DNA of 64,000 nt from Diplonema japonicum. Taxonomy: Eukaryota > Protista > Euglenozoa: Diplonemea. The stretch is from positions 248,001 to 312,000 of the forward strand of contig OZ025677.1 in the NCBI GenBank assembly GCA_964019335.1, given 5' to 3'. Position 1 is the stretch's first letter. Each line of letters opens with the position of its first letter. Shown here in pieces: positions 1-12,944 of the stretch. A model generated the notes under the pieces. It saw only the letters and a list, made by a program, of their open reading frames with translations. It made no database searches and was not told the DNA's origin. A program made the translations under genes and the position numbers.

Positions 1-506
1 GTCAGCAAAAGGTCACTCAGAAACAAAAGGTCCTCCAGGATCGTCAGCAGGTCTCTCAAAAGCTTTCTGTCAGAAAGAAGTGGAATTGCTCTGTGATGTG
101 AGCGACAGATATGATGTTTTCGTCTTTTTGCCTAGCTCCTCTTCTTTTTTTGCCCCCATCCTATTGAATGCACAAAAAAAAGGGGGTGAAAAAAAAAAAA
201 AAAAAAAGAAGAAAGAAAAAAAAAATCCCTTACCTTTCCTTTTCATTGTTTTTTCGATTTAAAATCCCTTGCCTTTCTTTACCCTTACTATCTATAGGGT
301 TTTATTTTTCCTCCCTGGTTTTCTTCTTTTTTGTAAAAGCGGCCTTTAATTGTGTGGTACCAAACGGTTAACAATCTGATTTTTGTTCCTTTCAGGTTCC
401 CTTCAAAGACACCCTTTTCCTTCTTTTTTTTTGTTTTTTTGTTCTCTATTCTATCTGACTCTATTCTATCTGACTCTTTTCAACTTGTTCATAAGGCTTT
501 ACACAC

Positions 507-3017
507 ATGGGTTCCTTCATAACCGATTTCACTGAAAAGTCCAGTGGGAGATGTGGCCATGTGTATGAAGCATTCATGGGCCTTGTGGAGAAGGAAAGCG
601 ACTGCAGCGACGACCGAATACGGAAACGGTTATTGTTCCCGATGGGAGCTGTGTTTCTGGCCCTGTACATGTTCCTGGTGCCGTACACATGGGCTACTGA
701 GAGCTGGTATGCTGCGATGTTCATGTCTGGGGTGCGGATGCTATTGTTCGTGCTGTTCTACATTTATTGCATAACTACCAAGACATGCCCCACATGGTTG
801 GTTGAGGGGATAATTGTGGCCGTGGGCTTCACAATCTTCCTTGTGGATGACATTCTAACATATGGTATCTACGAGTCGTGGTCCGCTGCCATTCTGATGA
901 TGGACGGCCTGCTTCTTACAAAATGTCGCGACAGGGTGACCACCCTGGCCTTCTTTGGTGCTGCCCTGTACCTTACTGTGAAGACCACCGAGGAGGCCTT
1001 CGACATTGGGATCTATGGAAACCTCCCCTCCGTTGCCGACAACCTCTCCCCCCGTGACAGCCAAGGCTCATACTGGTTCTTCCGAGTCCTCCCTCTCCGC
1101 CTTATCACCTTCATGGCCGATTTCGTGATGACACGCAACTTCGCAAATGGGATGCGTTCTGAGAAGCAACGCTCCGAAGAAGACATCATCATGGCGAACC
1201 GTGTTGCTGCGTCTCTTGTGAAGTTCGATCTTGATGCAGCGGAACACCACCTTGTGAAACGTCACAGCGGGAGCTCCAGTGACCTGCGAGATGCCTTCCT
1301 TTCCCTCATCGCAAACTTGAAGCTGTACAAGCCATACCTCCCCGATGCTCTTTTCCACTTGTCGGAGAGCTCTAGTGAGATCGAACATGCCGATGACCAC
1401 CCTGTCACTAAGTACTTCCCGGCAAGGCAGACGCCCCCTGGAATGGGTGGAGAGTCAGTGGCGTTAGCCTTCACCGATATCCAGTCGTCAACAGACATTT
1501 GGGAGAAGCACACGACTGCTATGCGGACGGCGATGGAGCTGCACAACCAGGCCATGCGAGAGTGCATCTTCAAAACGAACGGCTACGAGGTGAAGACAAT
1601 TGGAGATGCTTTCATGGTGGCCTTCGATACCGTGGCTGAAGCTGTGCGCTTCAGTCTGATGGCTCAGGAGGAACTTCTTGCACAGCCATGGCCCTCTTCT
1701 CTCCTGGAACACCATCTCTGCAAGGCAAGTAGCGGGGCTTGGAAGGGGCTGAGGGTGCGAATCGGAGTCCACACAGGGCATGCTCGTCTAGAAGTGAACC
1801 CCACAACAGCGAGGACCGACTACATGGGACCTACAGTGAACAAGACAGCGAGAGTAGAGGCAGCCTCTGTTGGAGGTGCTGTAGCTGTCACAGATGAAGT
1901 GCTTCAGGCATTAGATAAGGATGGCGGCCTAAAGGAGATGGGGAGCCCACTGACCATCAAGATAGGAACGCAGAAGCTTAAGGGCGTCGGGTGCGTGCCA
2001 ATTGTGCTTCTTATACCTGCTAAGCTGCAGCAGCGTGCTGCAGAAGTAGAAATGGCGGTAGAAGAGAAGCAGAGGCTGACCCAAACTGCTGAGGAAAGCG
2101 ACCAGTCAGTCCTCTCACAGACCACTCTGACACTGAAGCGGCACGATATGCCAACCAGGGGCATCAACAGGAACAAGTTAGCACAGGCTGTGGGGACAAT
2201 AGGAACGACGCGACTCGAGTTGAGTGATCTGCAGAAGTTCGGAAATGTTGTAAACGCAGTTGGGGAAGTGCTGGGGACAGTATTGGACGGGGTGAACAGG
2301 ACGGACGGGGTGGTGACAGCGCTGTGCAGCAGCACAGTACTGGTGGGGTGGAACACAAGTAAACAGTGCTTGATGCACGTGGCTCAGTCGGCAAAGTTTG
2401 CACTCTATGTACACAGGGCGGTAAAAAACAGCGGCTGGGCAGGGCAGGTGACAGTGGGGCTGTGTGGGGGCCGTGTCCTGCATGGGATGATGGGAAGCAC
2501 GAAGCAGCGCTTTATGACAACGATCGGTGGTTGCGTGGAGGTGAGCAGGGCACTGGCGAATGCGGCCAAGACATTCGAAACTCTTTGTCTTCTTACAGGC
2601 ACTGGTACTGGCAGTGCTATGGCATGTCGCAGAGGGAGCAGCACAGTACATGACAACTCGCTACAGGCACACGTGCGGCCGATCGACACGTGGGACGGAG
2701 TGACTATCTACCAGTTGAACCTGGAAACCTTCGCCCTTGTGCAGGGTGTGTGGAACATATTCGACGGCCCTGTCCCTACCTCCTGGTCCACCCTGTACAA
2801 GGATGCCTTTGATTCAGGGGATGTAGCTTCTTTAAAGGAGCAGTCCCTCGAGGACCCCTCTCTGCTAAAGGTTATCGCGATCCTTCAGGGCAACCTGTCC
2901 CTTCCTCGTCCGTTCACTTCCCAGAAGATTGATAAATTCCTCACAACTCCAGACGGGTACGAAGACATTGGGCCCGAGTCACCTACGAGGTCAGCAGTCA
3001 ATGCCTTTGTAGACTAG
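507..3017 (+). CDS. Membrane-bound class III adenylate cyclase (N-terminal multi-TM region, catalytic domain, degenerate second cyclase-like domain)
   Basis: 836-aa ORF with about 5-6 hydrophobic helices in aa ~40-210. Cyclase motifs AFTDIQSST, EVKTIGDAFMVAF, LRVRIGVHTG and DYMGPTVNKTARVE are present; the Lys/Asp pair indicates ATP specificity. The C-terminal VTVGLCGGRVLHGMMGS...TIGGCVEVSRAL segment resembles a cyclase fold without the metal-binding Asp residues. Confidence 0.9.
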   Translation: MGSFITDFTEKSSGRCGHVYEAFMGLVEKESDCSDDRIRKRLLFPMGAVFLALYMFLVPYTWATESWYAAMFMSGVRMLLFVLFYIYCITTKTCPTWLVEGIIVAVGFTIFLVDDILTYGIYESWSAAILMMDGLLLTKCRDRVTTLAFFGAALYLTVKTTEEAFDIGIYGNLPSVADNLSPRDSQGSYWFFRVLPLRLITFMADFVMTRNFANGMRSEKQRSEEDIIMANRVAASLVKFDLDAAEHHLVKRHSGSSSDLRDAFLSLIANLKLYKPYLPDALFHLSESSSEIEHADDHPVTKYFPARQTPPGMGGESVALAFTDIQSSTDIWEKHTTAMRTAMELHNQAMRECIFKTNGYEVKTIGDAFMVAFDTVAEAVRFSLMAQEELLAQPWPSSLLEHHLCKASSGAWKGLRVRIGVHTGHARLEVNPTTARTDYMGPTVNKTARVEAASVGGAVAVTDEVLQALDKDGGLKEMGSPLTIKIGTQKLKGVGCVPIVLLIPAKLQQRAAEVEMAVEEKQRLTQTAEESDQSVLSQTTLTLKRHDMPTRGINRNKLAQAVGTIGTTRLELSDLQKFGNVVNAVGEVLGTVLDGVNRTDGVVTALCSSTVLVGWNTSKQCLMHVAQSAKFALYVHRAVKNSGWAGQVTVGLCGGRVLHGMMGSTKQRFMTTIGGCVEVSRALANAAKTFETLCLLTGTGTGSAMACRRGSSTVHDNSLQAHVRPIDTWDGVTIYQLNLETFALVQGVWNIFDGPVPTSWSTLYKDAFDSGDVASLKEQSLEDPSLLKVIAILQGNLSLPRPFTSQKIDKFLTTPDGYEDIGPESPTRSAVNAFVD

Positions 3018-4663
3018 TTCCTCTTCTTCCTTTTTCTTCTTCTTTTTTGTATCTCCCCCTTCCTTGCAAGCATTGCGAAGCGAGCCAATCCGATGTAGAA
3101 GAAGCACTACTCACCTGCTATTGGTGTTTCCCTTTTGGTCAGTGTGACATAAAAGGTGTGTTAATTTTCTTTTATTGTTATTTTATCCCTTGCGATCGAT
3201 GGAGCGGGAGAAAGAGAAAACGTTTTATTTGTCGGTGATCGGTTTTGATTTTTTCCTTATTGGGGACACTGAATGAAGTAAAATTGAGGAGAGTACAGTA
3301 TTCACGTTGCACAATAAACTTTCTCTTCCACTCTTGAAAAAAAGAAATTCACTTCACTCGGGTGACAGAAGATTCATTATTCGTTGTGAATACATAACTT
3401 CTCCTTTCTTTCTTTCTAACTTACATTTCCTTTTTTTTTTTGTTTTGTTTTGTGCCTTCCTCTTTCTATTTCCCCTCCTACCTGCGCTCGTGTTATCATT
3501 AATGAGCCCTTGCAGCTGGTTGACCTCATCCTGCGTTCTGGTTTTTGTTTTTTTTTTTTTCTTTGTTTGAAATCCTTCCTCTTTCTATTTCCCCGTCCTT
3601 CTCAGCGATAGTATCAGACATGTAAGTGTTTTAGCCTATCAGTTGAGGTTTGGGTTTCTTTTTTTGGGGGTTAAAATTTCGAATTAACCCATTCTTTTGA
3701 AACTGACCCCTATTTACTTATGGTTAAATGCTCAGTCCCCCCCCCCTTTTTTTTGTTCCTCCTTTTTTTTGAAGGGAATCCTTAAGTGGGACCCTTAGAC
3801 GTCAGCCTTTGTCGATAACTCGCATGGTTATGGTTAAGCCTTAGTATCACCGTTTGATTTGTTTAGCGTTATTGTCGGCTAGACTAAAAGACGAGTCGAT
3901 GGCAGCATAATGAGTTATTTTATTAGGTAACATACCGTTCGTGCACACAAACAAATGAAGTGCCAAACTATTTTTTGCCCTCCTATTCCTCGTAAATAGT
4001 TGTCTTTGTGATAGCAAACTGTCATTTCTTTTTCTCTCTCTCTTTTAGCGTTCATCATTTGTGGCGTTTTTGAGGGTTTAGGTGTGCACAAATGTATGAA
4101 TCGCCAAACGAATTTTCTTCTTCTTTCAGATTATCGAAAAAATGCCTTTCACATTCACTTTTTAAGGCCAATTTGACCCCGCCTGTGCCGCCCTACTAGG
4201 GGTCCTAAGACACCATTAAAAGGATCAGGCCCCCCCTTTTTTTTTGTTTTGTTTTGTTTTTTTGTTACTTATAGCTTTCTCTTTTCACGGGGACTGCTGC
4301 GTACATCGGTTAGTGAGGAGTGTCATTCCTGCTCCCTTTTTTGTCCCGCACGAGGCGTGGTCCGTTGGCCATGGTGCTCCCTTTTCTCGCCTTCTTTCCC
4401 CTTACCTTCCACTGTTTAGCTTTTCAGGGTTATGTTAGGGTATCGCCCTCACAGAGAGTTGAGCCAATAAGTTTGGTGTTTCGTTTCTCCATATCTTTTG
4501 GTTTCTATTTCGCTTTCTGCCACTGGCACCGAGGCAGCAGTACCCACTGGCACTGGGCAGTACACCATGGTGACAGGTGTCACTCATATTACTGCATCGT
4601 CTACTTTACTACTAATTTGATTGATATGTGGCTTTTACTTCCAATTCACCTCAGGATGCAAGT

Positions 4664-6235
4664 ATGGACACCCGCGCAGTGTGTGTGCTGCTCACGTTAT
4701 TGCTATGCGTGATACTTACCTCTCTGTGCTACGGCAGAGTCAACCCGGTTGTGATTATTGCATCAAAGGAGGACCTTCCTTGCAGTAAAGAAAGAAAAAC
4801 AGTACAAGATAACAACGCCCTGCAAACCCTGCCAGATGAAGGAGATTATTCGAGTTTAGAAGATTCGGAAGTACGGATTAAAAAAAAAAGTTCCTGGTTC
4901 CTCGGGACATGCACTGCCACCAAGAGCAGCGGTGCCTGGATCCGCGAGTGGATCGAACTCCAAATTGCCGTCGGCGTGGACCACGTGTGGGTCGCAGATG
5001 ACAACCCTGCCAACAGCACCGACATCACGACAGGAGTTCTGAAGCACTACGAGCGCCTTGGCTACGTCACCATCATCCCCCCACCGGACCTGAACCACAC
5101 TGGGTGCAGGCAGATTTCGGGCGTTGATGGCAGACACAACTGTGCCCCTGTGAAGCACTGCTTCGAGCATGCCTCACCCTATGTGAAGTGGCTCCTCTTC
5201 GCCGACACCGACGAGTTCATCTTCCCCCACAACGGCTGCTCTCTGAAGGAGCACATCAAGAACCACTGCAACCCTGATGCTACACAGATTTTCGTGAGGT
5301 GGGAGAGGTTCGGGACAAGTAATATCGAACAACACCCTAATGGCTTGATGCTTGAGAACTTCCTCACTTCAGGAGGCATGTGCGAGAAGCAGTTCGAGGG
5401 AATCTGTGGCAGGATGCCTTACAGCAACTGCCCTGAGTGCAGGCACTCGAAGGTGATCTACAACACGGAGTGTGCGAAAGTGGAACATGCTGGGTGGATC
5501 CACTGGCCTGTGAACACCACCGACTGGAAGGCTAAAACACTGCGCGAGTACCGAATTAGGGACTGGGTGCAATCGGAAGGGGAACATGCAAACTGGAAAA
5601 GCAAACAGTGCGAATACACTGGAATGAGAGAAGCAGGCGTGCAGTGCAACAAGTGGGTGCAGGAGGGTGGTGGGTCGAAGAGGCCGAAGGAGTACACACC
5701 CGACTGCTGCACGGCAGGGATAGGGTACAACCATTACGGGACGAAGTCGAGGCAGTACTATGAGAGGAAGCAGGCGAACAAGAACGAGAACATGAGAGGG
5801 TACAGGACGCCGCTGGACAGGATCGACTCGAACAACGTGCTGTCGTTCTCTGCGTTGAAGTTCTTGAGGGCCGTGCGGAGGAGGTTCATCGGGATGGGGG
5901 TTCCGGTATCGGACAATGTAGGCTTCGTGGAGGTTGCGCAGGAGACATGTTTCTTTGAATCAAACTTTGCGTACACAGCCACGGAGAGCACGCAGGCGGG
6001 AAACGTGGAGGGTGTGCATACAATGGAGGAGTGCTGCCAGGCGTGCTTTATGGTGGAGATGTGCAAGGCCTTCACACTCAGCAGCGGGGTGTGCAGTCTC
6101 TTCATCGGCAGTAAAACCATCCCTGGGACCGTTCTGAGGGACAACCCTTACCAACTGCATGCCAACAGGTCATGGGTGCTGCGCGATGTGTCAGGCATAC
6201 CCCTGCGGGAGGGCGAGTGTAAAGCAGGGCAGTAG
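4664..6235 (+). CDS. GT-PAN paralog 1: type II membrane GT92/GT2-like glycosyltransferase with PAN/Apple domain, intronless
   Basis: ATG at 4664 followed by a TM anchor. Motifs EWIELQIAVGVDHVWVADDN, WLLFADTDEF, WERFG, NHYGTKS and C-terminal ECCxAC..MCKAFT..C..SGIP. The junction reads uninterrupted SWFLG. Confidence 0.85.
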   Translation: MDTRAVCVLLTLLLCVILTSLCYGRVNPVVIIASKEDLPCSKERKTVQDNNALQTLPDEGDYSSLEDSEVRIKKKSSWFLGTCTATKSSGAWIREWIELQIAVGVDHVWVADDNPANSTDITTGVLKHYERLGYVTIIPPPDLNHTGCRQISGVDGRHNCAPVKHCFEHASPYVKWLLFADTDEFIFPHNGCSLKEHIKNHCNPDATQIFVRWERFGTSNIEQHPNGLMLENFLTSGGMCEKQFEGICGRMPYSNCPECRHSKVIYNTECAKVEHAGWIHWPVNTTDWKAKTLREYRIRDWVQSEGEHANWKSKQCEYTGMREAGVQCNKWVQEGGGSKRPKEYTPDCCTAGIGYNHYGTKSRQYYERKQANKNENMRGYRTPLDRIDSNNVLSFSALKFLRAVRRRFIGMGVPVSDNVGFVEVAQETCFFESNFAYTATESTQAGNVEGVHTMEECCQACFMVEMCKAFTLSSGVCSLFIGSKTIPGTVLRDNPYQLHANRSWVLRDVSGIPLREGECKAGQ

Positions 6236-7254
6236 CTAGTCGGGCGGAAGATGATCTGTTTGCTGATCAATAAAGGACAGCCTAACAGCGGCCACAATGG
6301 CTTTGGGGGACCAATGCCACGTCATAGCGTCATAGAGAGTTCCAGGGAACTGGGCAAAACTTATTTGAATTATTCAAATAGTCCAAAAAGGGCAGGTTGC
6401 ATCAAACCATCACTCGATTTTGGACCCCCCCTATTTTTTTTCTTCTAAAAGGGGCAGCAAGACCTTTGGCCGGGTCTAGGTGCGTAACGACACCTCCCCT
6501 TAAGTTAAGCGAGTCATTTCAGGGAAGCCTGTCACCTGTCCAACAGACCTCTAACATGGATCGCGTTTGGCTTCGGCAAAAGAAAATGATGTCCCTACCG
6601 CGAGGAAACGGGGACCAGGCACCATGTACTTTATGGTACACTGGGCCGACTGTGGTAGTCGTACTGAGCACCATTATTCGACTTGTGTCATCTTGACGTT
6701 AAAAGATCGAAATTTTTCTTTTCCTTTCCAGCCCGGCTCCTGTGGACCATCTACCACGGCCATGTTTTACTACCAACATTAGTGACTCGTTGGTAACAAC
6801 TTTTTTTTCCCCTCTTTTTCTTCAGGAGTACCCCCATGCACACTGATATCTTATCTAGTTTCTTTTTCACCTACGAGACCACAGGGGCTTGAGGGGCTTC
6901 GGGGCGAAGCTTCACTAGGGTGTCGGTTGTCACATACTGCCGCATCTCATCCCAACGGCCTTCAAGAGGGGGACACGAGACCGCAAGAGCTAGAAGGACA
7001 TGGGTAATTTCATTATTTCACTCTCCTCATATTCACATTTTTACGCTACTTCTTTTTCTTTTATTTCCTTTCGCCGATAATCATATGAAGACACTCAGCT
7101 AAATATATCTTTTTTCTTCTCCTTTGGGTGGCAATCTCTTTCTAACCATTGCTAGTCGTGAATACTGCCTGCCAGACTCTTTGATAGGTCCTACTATTTC
7201 TTTATTCGGATCTAAATTCTTCCTCTTTCATGCATCTACTAAGTCACTCAGGAA

Positions 7255-8894
7255 ATGGGGGGCACAAAAGACAACGAAGGAATGAAATCGCTGAGAGCAG
7301 GCAGTGCTTTGTTCGTGATTCTGCTCTGTGCACTTGCAACAATGCTGTGGGGGCCTGGGTATGCCACCGGGACGAAGGTGTGCAAGAAAGCCGCGAAGCC
7401 CGAGCTAGTTGGGGTGCCAGAGAGCGAGCTTCTTTCCCATATGTACACGAAAGGAGAACATCTGAATATCGAGAATTCGAACAGGCGGATAAACAGCACC
7501 GGGCCTTGGTATGCTGCAATAAAAGAAAAAGAAGAAACACTCAACAAAAAAAAAGGTTTCTGGGAACATGTACTGCGACAAAAGGCAGCGGCGCCTGGAT
7601 GCGCGAGTGGATCGAACTCCAAATCGCCGTCGGCGTGGACCACGTGTGGGTCGCAGATGACAACCCCCGCAGCAGCCATGACACCACGACAAGCATCTTG
7701 AAGCATTATGAAAAGCTTGGCTACGTCACTATTATCCCCCCTCCCCCAGGCATGGGCTTTCCTGGGTGTGAACAGCTCGGGGGAATAGAAGGCAGACACC
7801 AGTGTGCCCCTGTGAAGCACTGTTTTATCCACGCTTCACCCCACGTGAAGTGGCTCCTCTTCGCCGACACCGATGAGTTCATCTTCCCCCACAACGGCTG
7901 CTCGGTTGCCGAGCATATTAGGAACCACTGCAACCCTGATGCCACACACATTTATGTGAAGTGGGAGAGGTTTGGGACGAGCGACATTGAACAGCACCCC
8001 AATGGCATGATGCTTGAGAACTTTCTCAGCTCAGGAGGCATGTGTGAGAAGCACTTCAACGGCCTTTGTGGGAGGATGCCATTTAGCATCTGCCCTGAGT
8101 GCAGGCACTCGAAGGTGATCTACAACACGGAGTGTGCGAAGGTGGAACATGCTGGGTGGATCCACTGGCCTGTGAACACCACCGACTGGAAAGCAGCTGA
8201 GATCTATGAGTACCAAACACGGACATGGGTCAAGTCGGAGGGGGCTGAGTCGCACTGGAAGAGCGAAGCATGTGTGTACTATGGGCTGCGGGATGATTCC
8301 GCGCGGTGCAATGCTTGGGCTATTGCTGGACGTGGGTCGAAAAATGGACAAAAGATACGTTATACCCCCGACTGCTGCACAGCAGGGATAGGGTACAACC
8401 ATTACGGGACGAAGTCGAGGCAGTACTATGAGAGGAAGCAGAGGAACAGGAGAACCTTCAAGAGAGGGTACAGGACGTCGCTGGACAGGATCGACTCGAA
8501 CAACGTGCTGTCGTTCTCAGTTCTGAAGTTCTTGAGGGCTGTGCGGAAGAGGTTTGCGGGGATGGGGGTTCCGGTGTCGGACAATGTGGACTTCGTGGAG
8601 CTGCCTGGTGGGAAGTCCTGCTTTACGGAGAAGAACTGGAAGTACACACCAACAGAGGACACAGCAACAGTGCAGACGAATGCGAGAACAATGGAAGAGT
8701 GCTGCCAGGTGTGCTTTGAGATGGAGATGTGCAAGGCCTTCACACTCAGCAGCGGGGTGTGCAGTCTCTTCATCGGCAGTAAAACCATCCCTGGGACCGT
8801 TCTGAGGGACAACCCTTACCAACTGCATGCCAACAGGTCATGGGTGCTGCGCGATGTGTCAGGCATACCCCTGCGGGAGGGCGAGTGCACCTAG
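7255..8894 (+). CDS. GT-PAN paralog 2 (exons 7255-7508, 7556-8894)
   Basis: Removing the GT..AG intron 7509-7555 (47 nt) joins the anchor/stem ORF to the catalytic ORF in frame and restores GPWFLG. Confidence 0.85.
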
Positions 8895-10685
8895 TACTCT
8901 ATATAGTTAAGAGACGGCTCTGTCGGTCACGCATCTGTAGTCTATCAGGACTCCTTCAAGAGGCTTGCCTCCACAATGGTAGAATAGAGTGTTTTAGTCA
9001 TAATTGTGGGAGAATCATATCAGAATCAGTATAGAGACACCTCCCACTTATTGCCCCATTCAGACTCCCACCGGTGTTGAAGCTAAAACCGTAGAACACG
9101 TTTCTTAGGTCGTCCTTGGCACCTGTCTGCAAGGAGTCTACTTCTAATATAGTTAATTTGTGCCAGCAAGAATCTTTTTCGTCTTCTTTTTTCTGAGGGA
9201 CAATAGTCAGCTGCAATTGGCGGAGTTTTTCATTTTATTTTTCCTTTTTTTCCCTGCTTTTTTTTTCTCTTTTTCTTTTTGCTTTTCTTGTTTAGAAGAA
9301 TTATGCCTCTTCGTTCGTCCCCTTCAGCCCCTTCCGACAGTTCGCTTTGTGGACACATTTCCCCTTTTTCTTTATGGGAGAATCGTTTGTATAGAAATGT
9401 GCTTTACCCTTTAAGGACGGAGCACTGATTTATCACGTTTTGAAAAAAGAGAAAAAAGAAGAAAGGAGAATAAAAAATGCTTTTATATTTGTAAGACATT
9501 TTGGCAGGTCGAGTCCTCCCCCCCCCCCCCCCCCCACCTACTATTAAAGGTTACTATTGTTTTATTTTTTATTTTTTATTTTTTGCAGACCACCACATGT
9601 TCAGAAGCCATTCTCCAAGGGAAAAAAAAAAAAATAATAATAATAAGGAGAGGAAAGAAAACTGACGCTTTCCAAGCAGATCAAAACACATTAAAACATT
9701 TCCGTAAGTTTTCCCATTTGTTTCCCCTTCCCCCCTTTTTTTTTCCCCTGAGAACTCTTAGTCCCCTATCTTTATTTAAAACCAGCTTTAGCTGTGCTGT
9801 AAAACAGAGAGAAGAAGAAAAAGAAAAAAAAGAAAAATATCAAAAAAAAGGTTGTTCATTACGAATAGTAGTTTTGTATGTCGCTCGAGTGACACAATCC
9901 ATCGGGGTGTGGATATGGTTTTATTTTACTTACCTCAATCTGCTTGAATAAAATTGTAGAACCCATACTGGGAAGTAATTACTGTAAAGTGAAATGTGTC
10001 GCGACTGACAAATGTCCAGGTATTCTTCGGCACCCGGAGATTTGCCAGGCCGGGCCATTTCCGTCCAGGAAAATTCTTCTTATAGTGAAATGAAGTATGA
10101 ATTGAAGAGGGAAGTCCTCTTCAGAGCCATTTCAAGATCTTTGTGTCACCACCCCGATCCGAACCAAGCTGGGTACCTGAAGAAATTCGGGTCGCAATAA
10201 ATTTGAAAAGCGTCTTTGCAGGACAATCAACCCACGCCAGGTCGGTGTAAAATTGAGGTAGATGGAGTAAACAAAAAAAAAAAAAGGCTAAATTGTGACC
10301 TTTTCTCCCCCCCCCCCCCCCGTCTATTGCTCCCGTTGTAACAATCAAAACGAACCTATCTTTATACAATGTATTCATTTTTGTCGCCATTTGAATTCAG
10401 ATCCTTGGACAACAGATATGAACGATACCTTACCAGTAACCCTGCTCTACCTTGTTGCTAGTTCAAGCTCAGGCAGCAACAAGGCGGGCACAACGTGAGA
10501 AAATCTCGCACAGGTGCCTGTGGCAGAGGGGTTGATGAAAGACACAAAGAGAAAAGGAGAAGAAAAAAAAAAAGATAATACTTTAACACTGCTCGTCATT
10601 AGAGCGTCTCTTCGTCTCGACTGAGACTGCCTTTCTTCAGGTTGCTACTGGTACTGCTTTAAACTTCATAGGCAGGATCACAGAA

Positions 10686-12252
10686 ATGAGGACACGGGTC
10701 AGTATGGGTGCCTTGTCGGGCCTGTTTGTTGTCTTGTTATTAGCTGCCTGGTCGCCCAGCTGCGAGCCCCCAGTGAAGCCTGTGTTCGATGGGCATTATG
10801 TAAGTCTTGAGAACTCAAAGATGCTGATAAAAAGGACGAGCCCTTGGTATGTTGGATAAAAGAAAAATAAAAATAAAAATAAAATATAAAAATAGGTTCC
10901 TCGGAACATGTACTGCGACAAAAGGCAGCGGCGCCTGGATGCGCGAGTGGATCGAACTCCAAATCGCCGTCGGCGTGGACCACGTGTGGGTCGCAGATGA
11001 CAACCCCCGCAGCAGCCATGATCCAACCAGCGGCATCCTGAAGCACTACGAGCGCCTTGGCTACGTCACCATCATCCCCCCTCCCAAGCTCACCCACCCC
11101 GGGTGCCAGCAACTATCTGGCCCTGATGGTGTTCACAACTGTGCCCCTGTGAAGCACTGCTTCGAGTACGCCTCACCCCATGTGAAGTGGCTCCTCTTCG
11201 CCGACACCGACGAGTTCATCTTCCCCCACAACGGCTGCTCTCTGAAGGAGCACATCAATTCCTCGTGCAACCCTAATGCCACACACATCTATGTGAAGTG
11301 GGAGAGGTTCGGGACAAGCGGCTTCGAGGCCCACCCCAATGGCTTGATGCTTGAGAACTTTCTCACCTCGGGAGGCACCTGCGAGAAGTTTTATCCTGGT
11401 TGTGGACAAAGCCCCTTCAGGAACTGCCCTGAGTGCAGGCACTCGAAGGTGATCTACAACACGGAGTGTGCAGCTTTGGAACATGCTGGGTTCATCCACT
11501 GGCCTGTGAACACCACTGACTGGAAGGCAGGTACTATATCTGAGTACAAGAAGAGACAGTGGGCGAAGTCTCCGGGGGATGGTGGGAACTGGAAGAAAGA
11601 TACTTGCGACTACACAGGGCTGGTACAGGACACCAGCAACTGCAATGCGTGGGCTATTGCTGGTGGTGGGTCAAGGAGGCCGAAGGAGTACACACCCGAC
11701 TGCTGCACGGGGGGTATTGGGTACAACCATTACGGGACGCAGTCGAGGCAGTACTATGAGAGGAAGCAGAAGAACAAGAAGGACAGCTTGAGGGGTTGGA
11801 GGGCGCCTTTGCATATCATTGATCTGAACGACGTGCTGTCCTTCTCGATGCTGAGATTTCTACGAGCTGTCAGGAAGAGGTTCATCGGGATGGGGGCACA
11901 GGTGTCGGACAATGTGGACTTCATTGACCTGCCTGGTGGGAAGTCGTGCTTTGTGGAGACGAACTTCGTGTACGGAGCAATGGATATGACTGAGACATAC
12001 GTTTATGAGGACGAGTTCAACACCACGAGGAAGTGCTGCATGGCGTGCCATGTGGTGGAGATGTGCAAAGCATTTACCTTTACCAACGAGACGTGCAGCC
12101 TCCTGATTGGCGCGAAGCATACCTTCAACGCGAGCATCGAAGACAACCAGTACCAGATCGATGCCAATAGATCGTGGTCACTACACGATGTGTCAGGCAT
12201 ACCTCTCAAGGAGGGCGAGTGTGTCCCCCGAACTCAGTACCGCCCGCCTTGA
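10686..12252 (+). CDS. GT-PAN paralog 3 (exons 10686-10846, 10896-12252)
   Basis: Exon 1 reads MRTRVSMGALSGLFVVLLLAAW...KRTSPW. Removing intron 10847-10895 (49 nt) restores the frame. Confidence 0.85.
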
Positions 12253-12944
12253 GCGAGAAAATACTGTCGATCTAGAAGACAAGGGGAGGAGGCCCTGCTA
12301 TCTCTTGAAGACTATGGGTGTGTTACTTTGTACACGTTTGCACACCGGAGGTCAGAAAAGAAAAGAAATGAAATGAAATGAAAAGAGGGTCAGGATTAGT
12401 CAGGCCGGAGAGGAAGAAAGGGGGGTATCTTTCTGTAATTTACATTTTTTTGTTATATGAAATCAAAAAAAAAAGGGGGGGTGTTTTCCACCAGTTAAAG
12501 TTTCCAAAACTTTTGATCATTCTTTCTTCTTTTTTTTACTTTTTTGAAAGAATTACTTTAAGCTTTGAAGGAGGAATAAAAAGGAGGTAAGAAAGTTGCG
12601 CAATTTATTTTCCCCTTCATTGCCCATGATGTAATTTTCTCAAGCAAGTTCGACAAATGCACTCAACTAAGGCGATAGGCTTATACCTTCTTTCTGTGTG
12701 AGCACGAGTGAGCCAGTTACCAAGAAGAGTCCTTGTCGCCAGCAGGTTTTGAGGGAGCGTGTGTAGCCTATCCTATTACTGAAGCGTTCCAGATCACCAA
12801 CACCACCGTGGTCCTAGGCTCATAAGAAATGCCCTGCTAGATCCCCTGCCGCACCCCTCGTTAGAATCAAGAAGTTGGGTAAGAGTGTGGCCCACGCTCT
12901 TGCAGAGGAACACGTCAACCTTGAAAATTCAGACAAAATTATCA

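Noticed and set aside
7501-7560. Programmed ribosomal frameshifting or sequencing frameshifts at the A-rich stem/catalytic junction
   Set aside because: GT..AG removal exactly regenerates the GPWFLG seen in intronless copies, including at junctions with no homopolymer, so an intron explains it better.
9407-9420. CCCTTTAAGGACGG, a piggyBac-like TIR
   Set aside because: No partner TIR was found nearby; at most a solo end.
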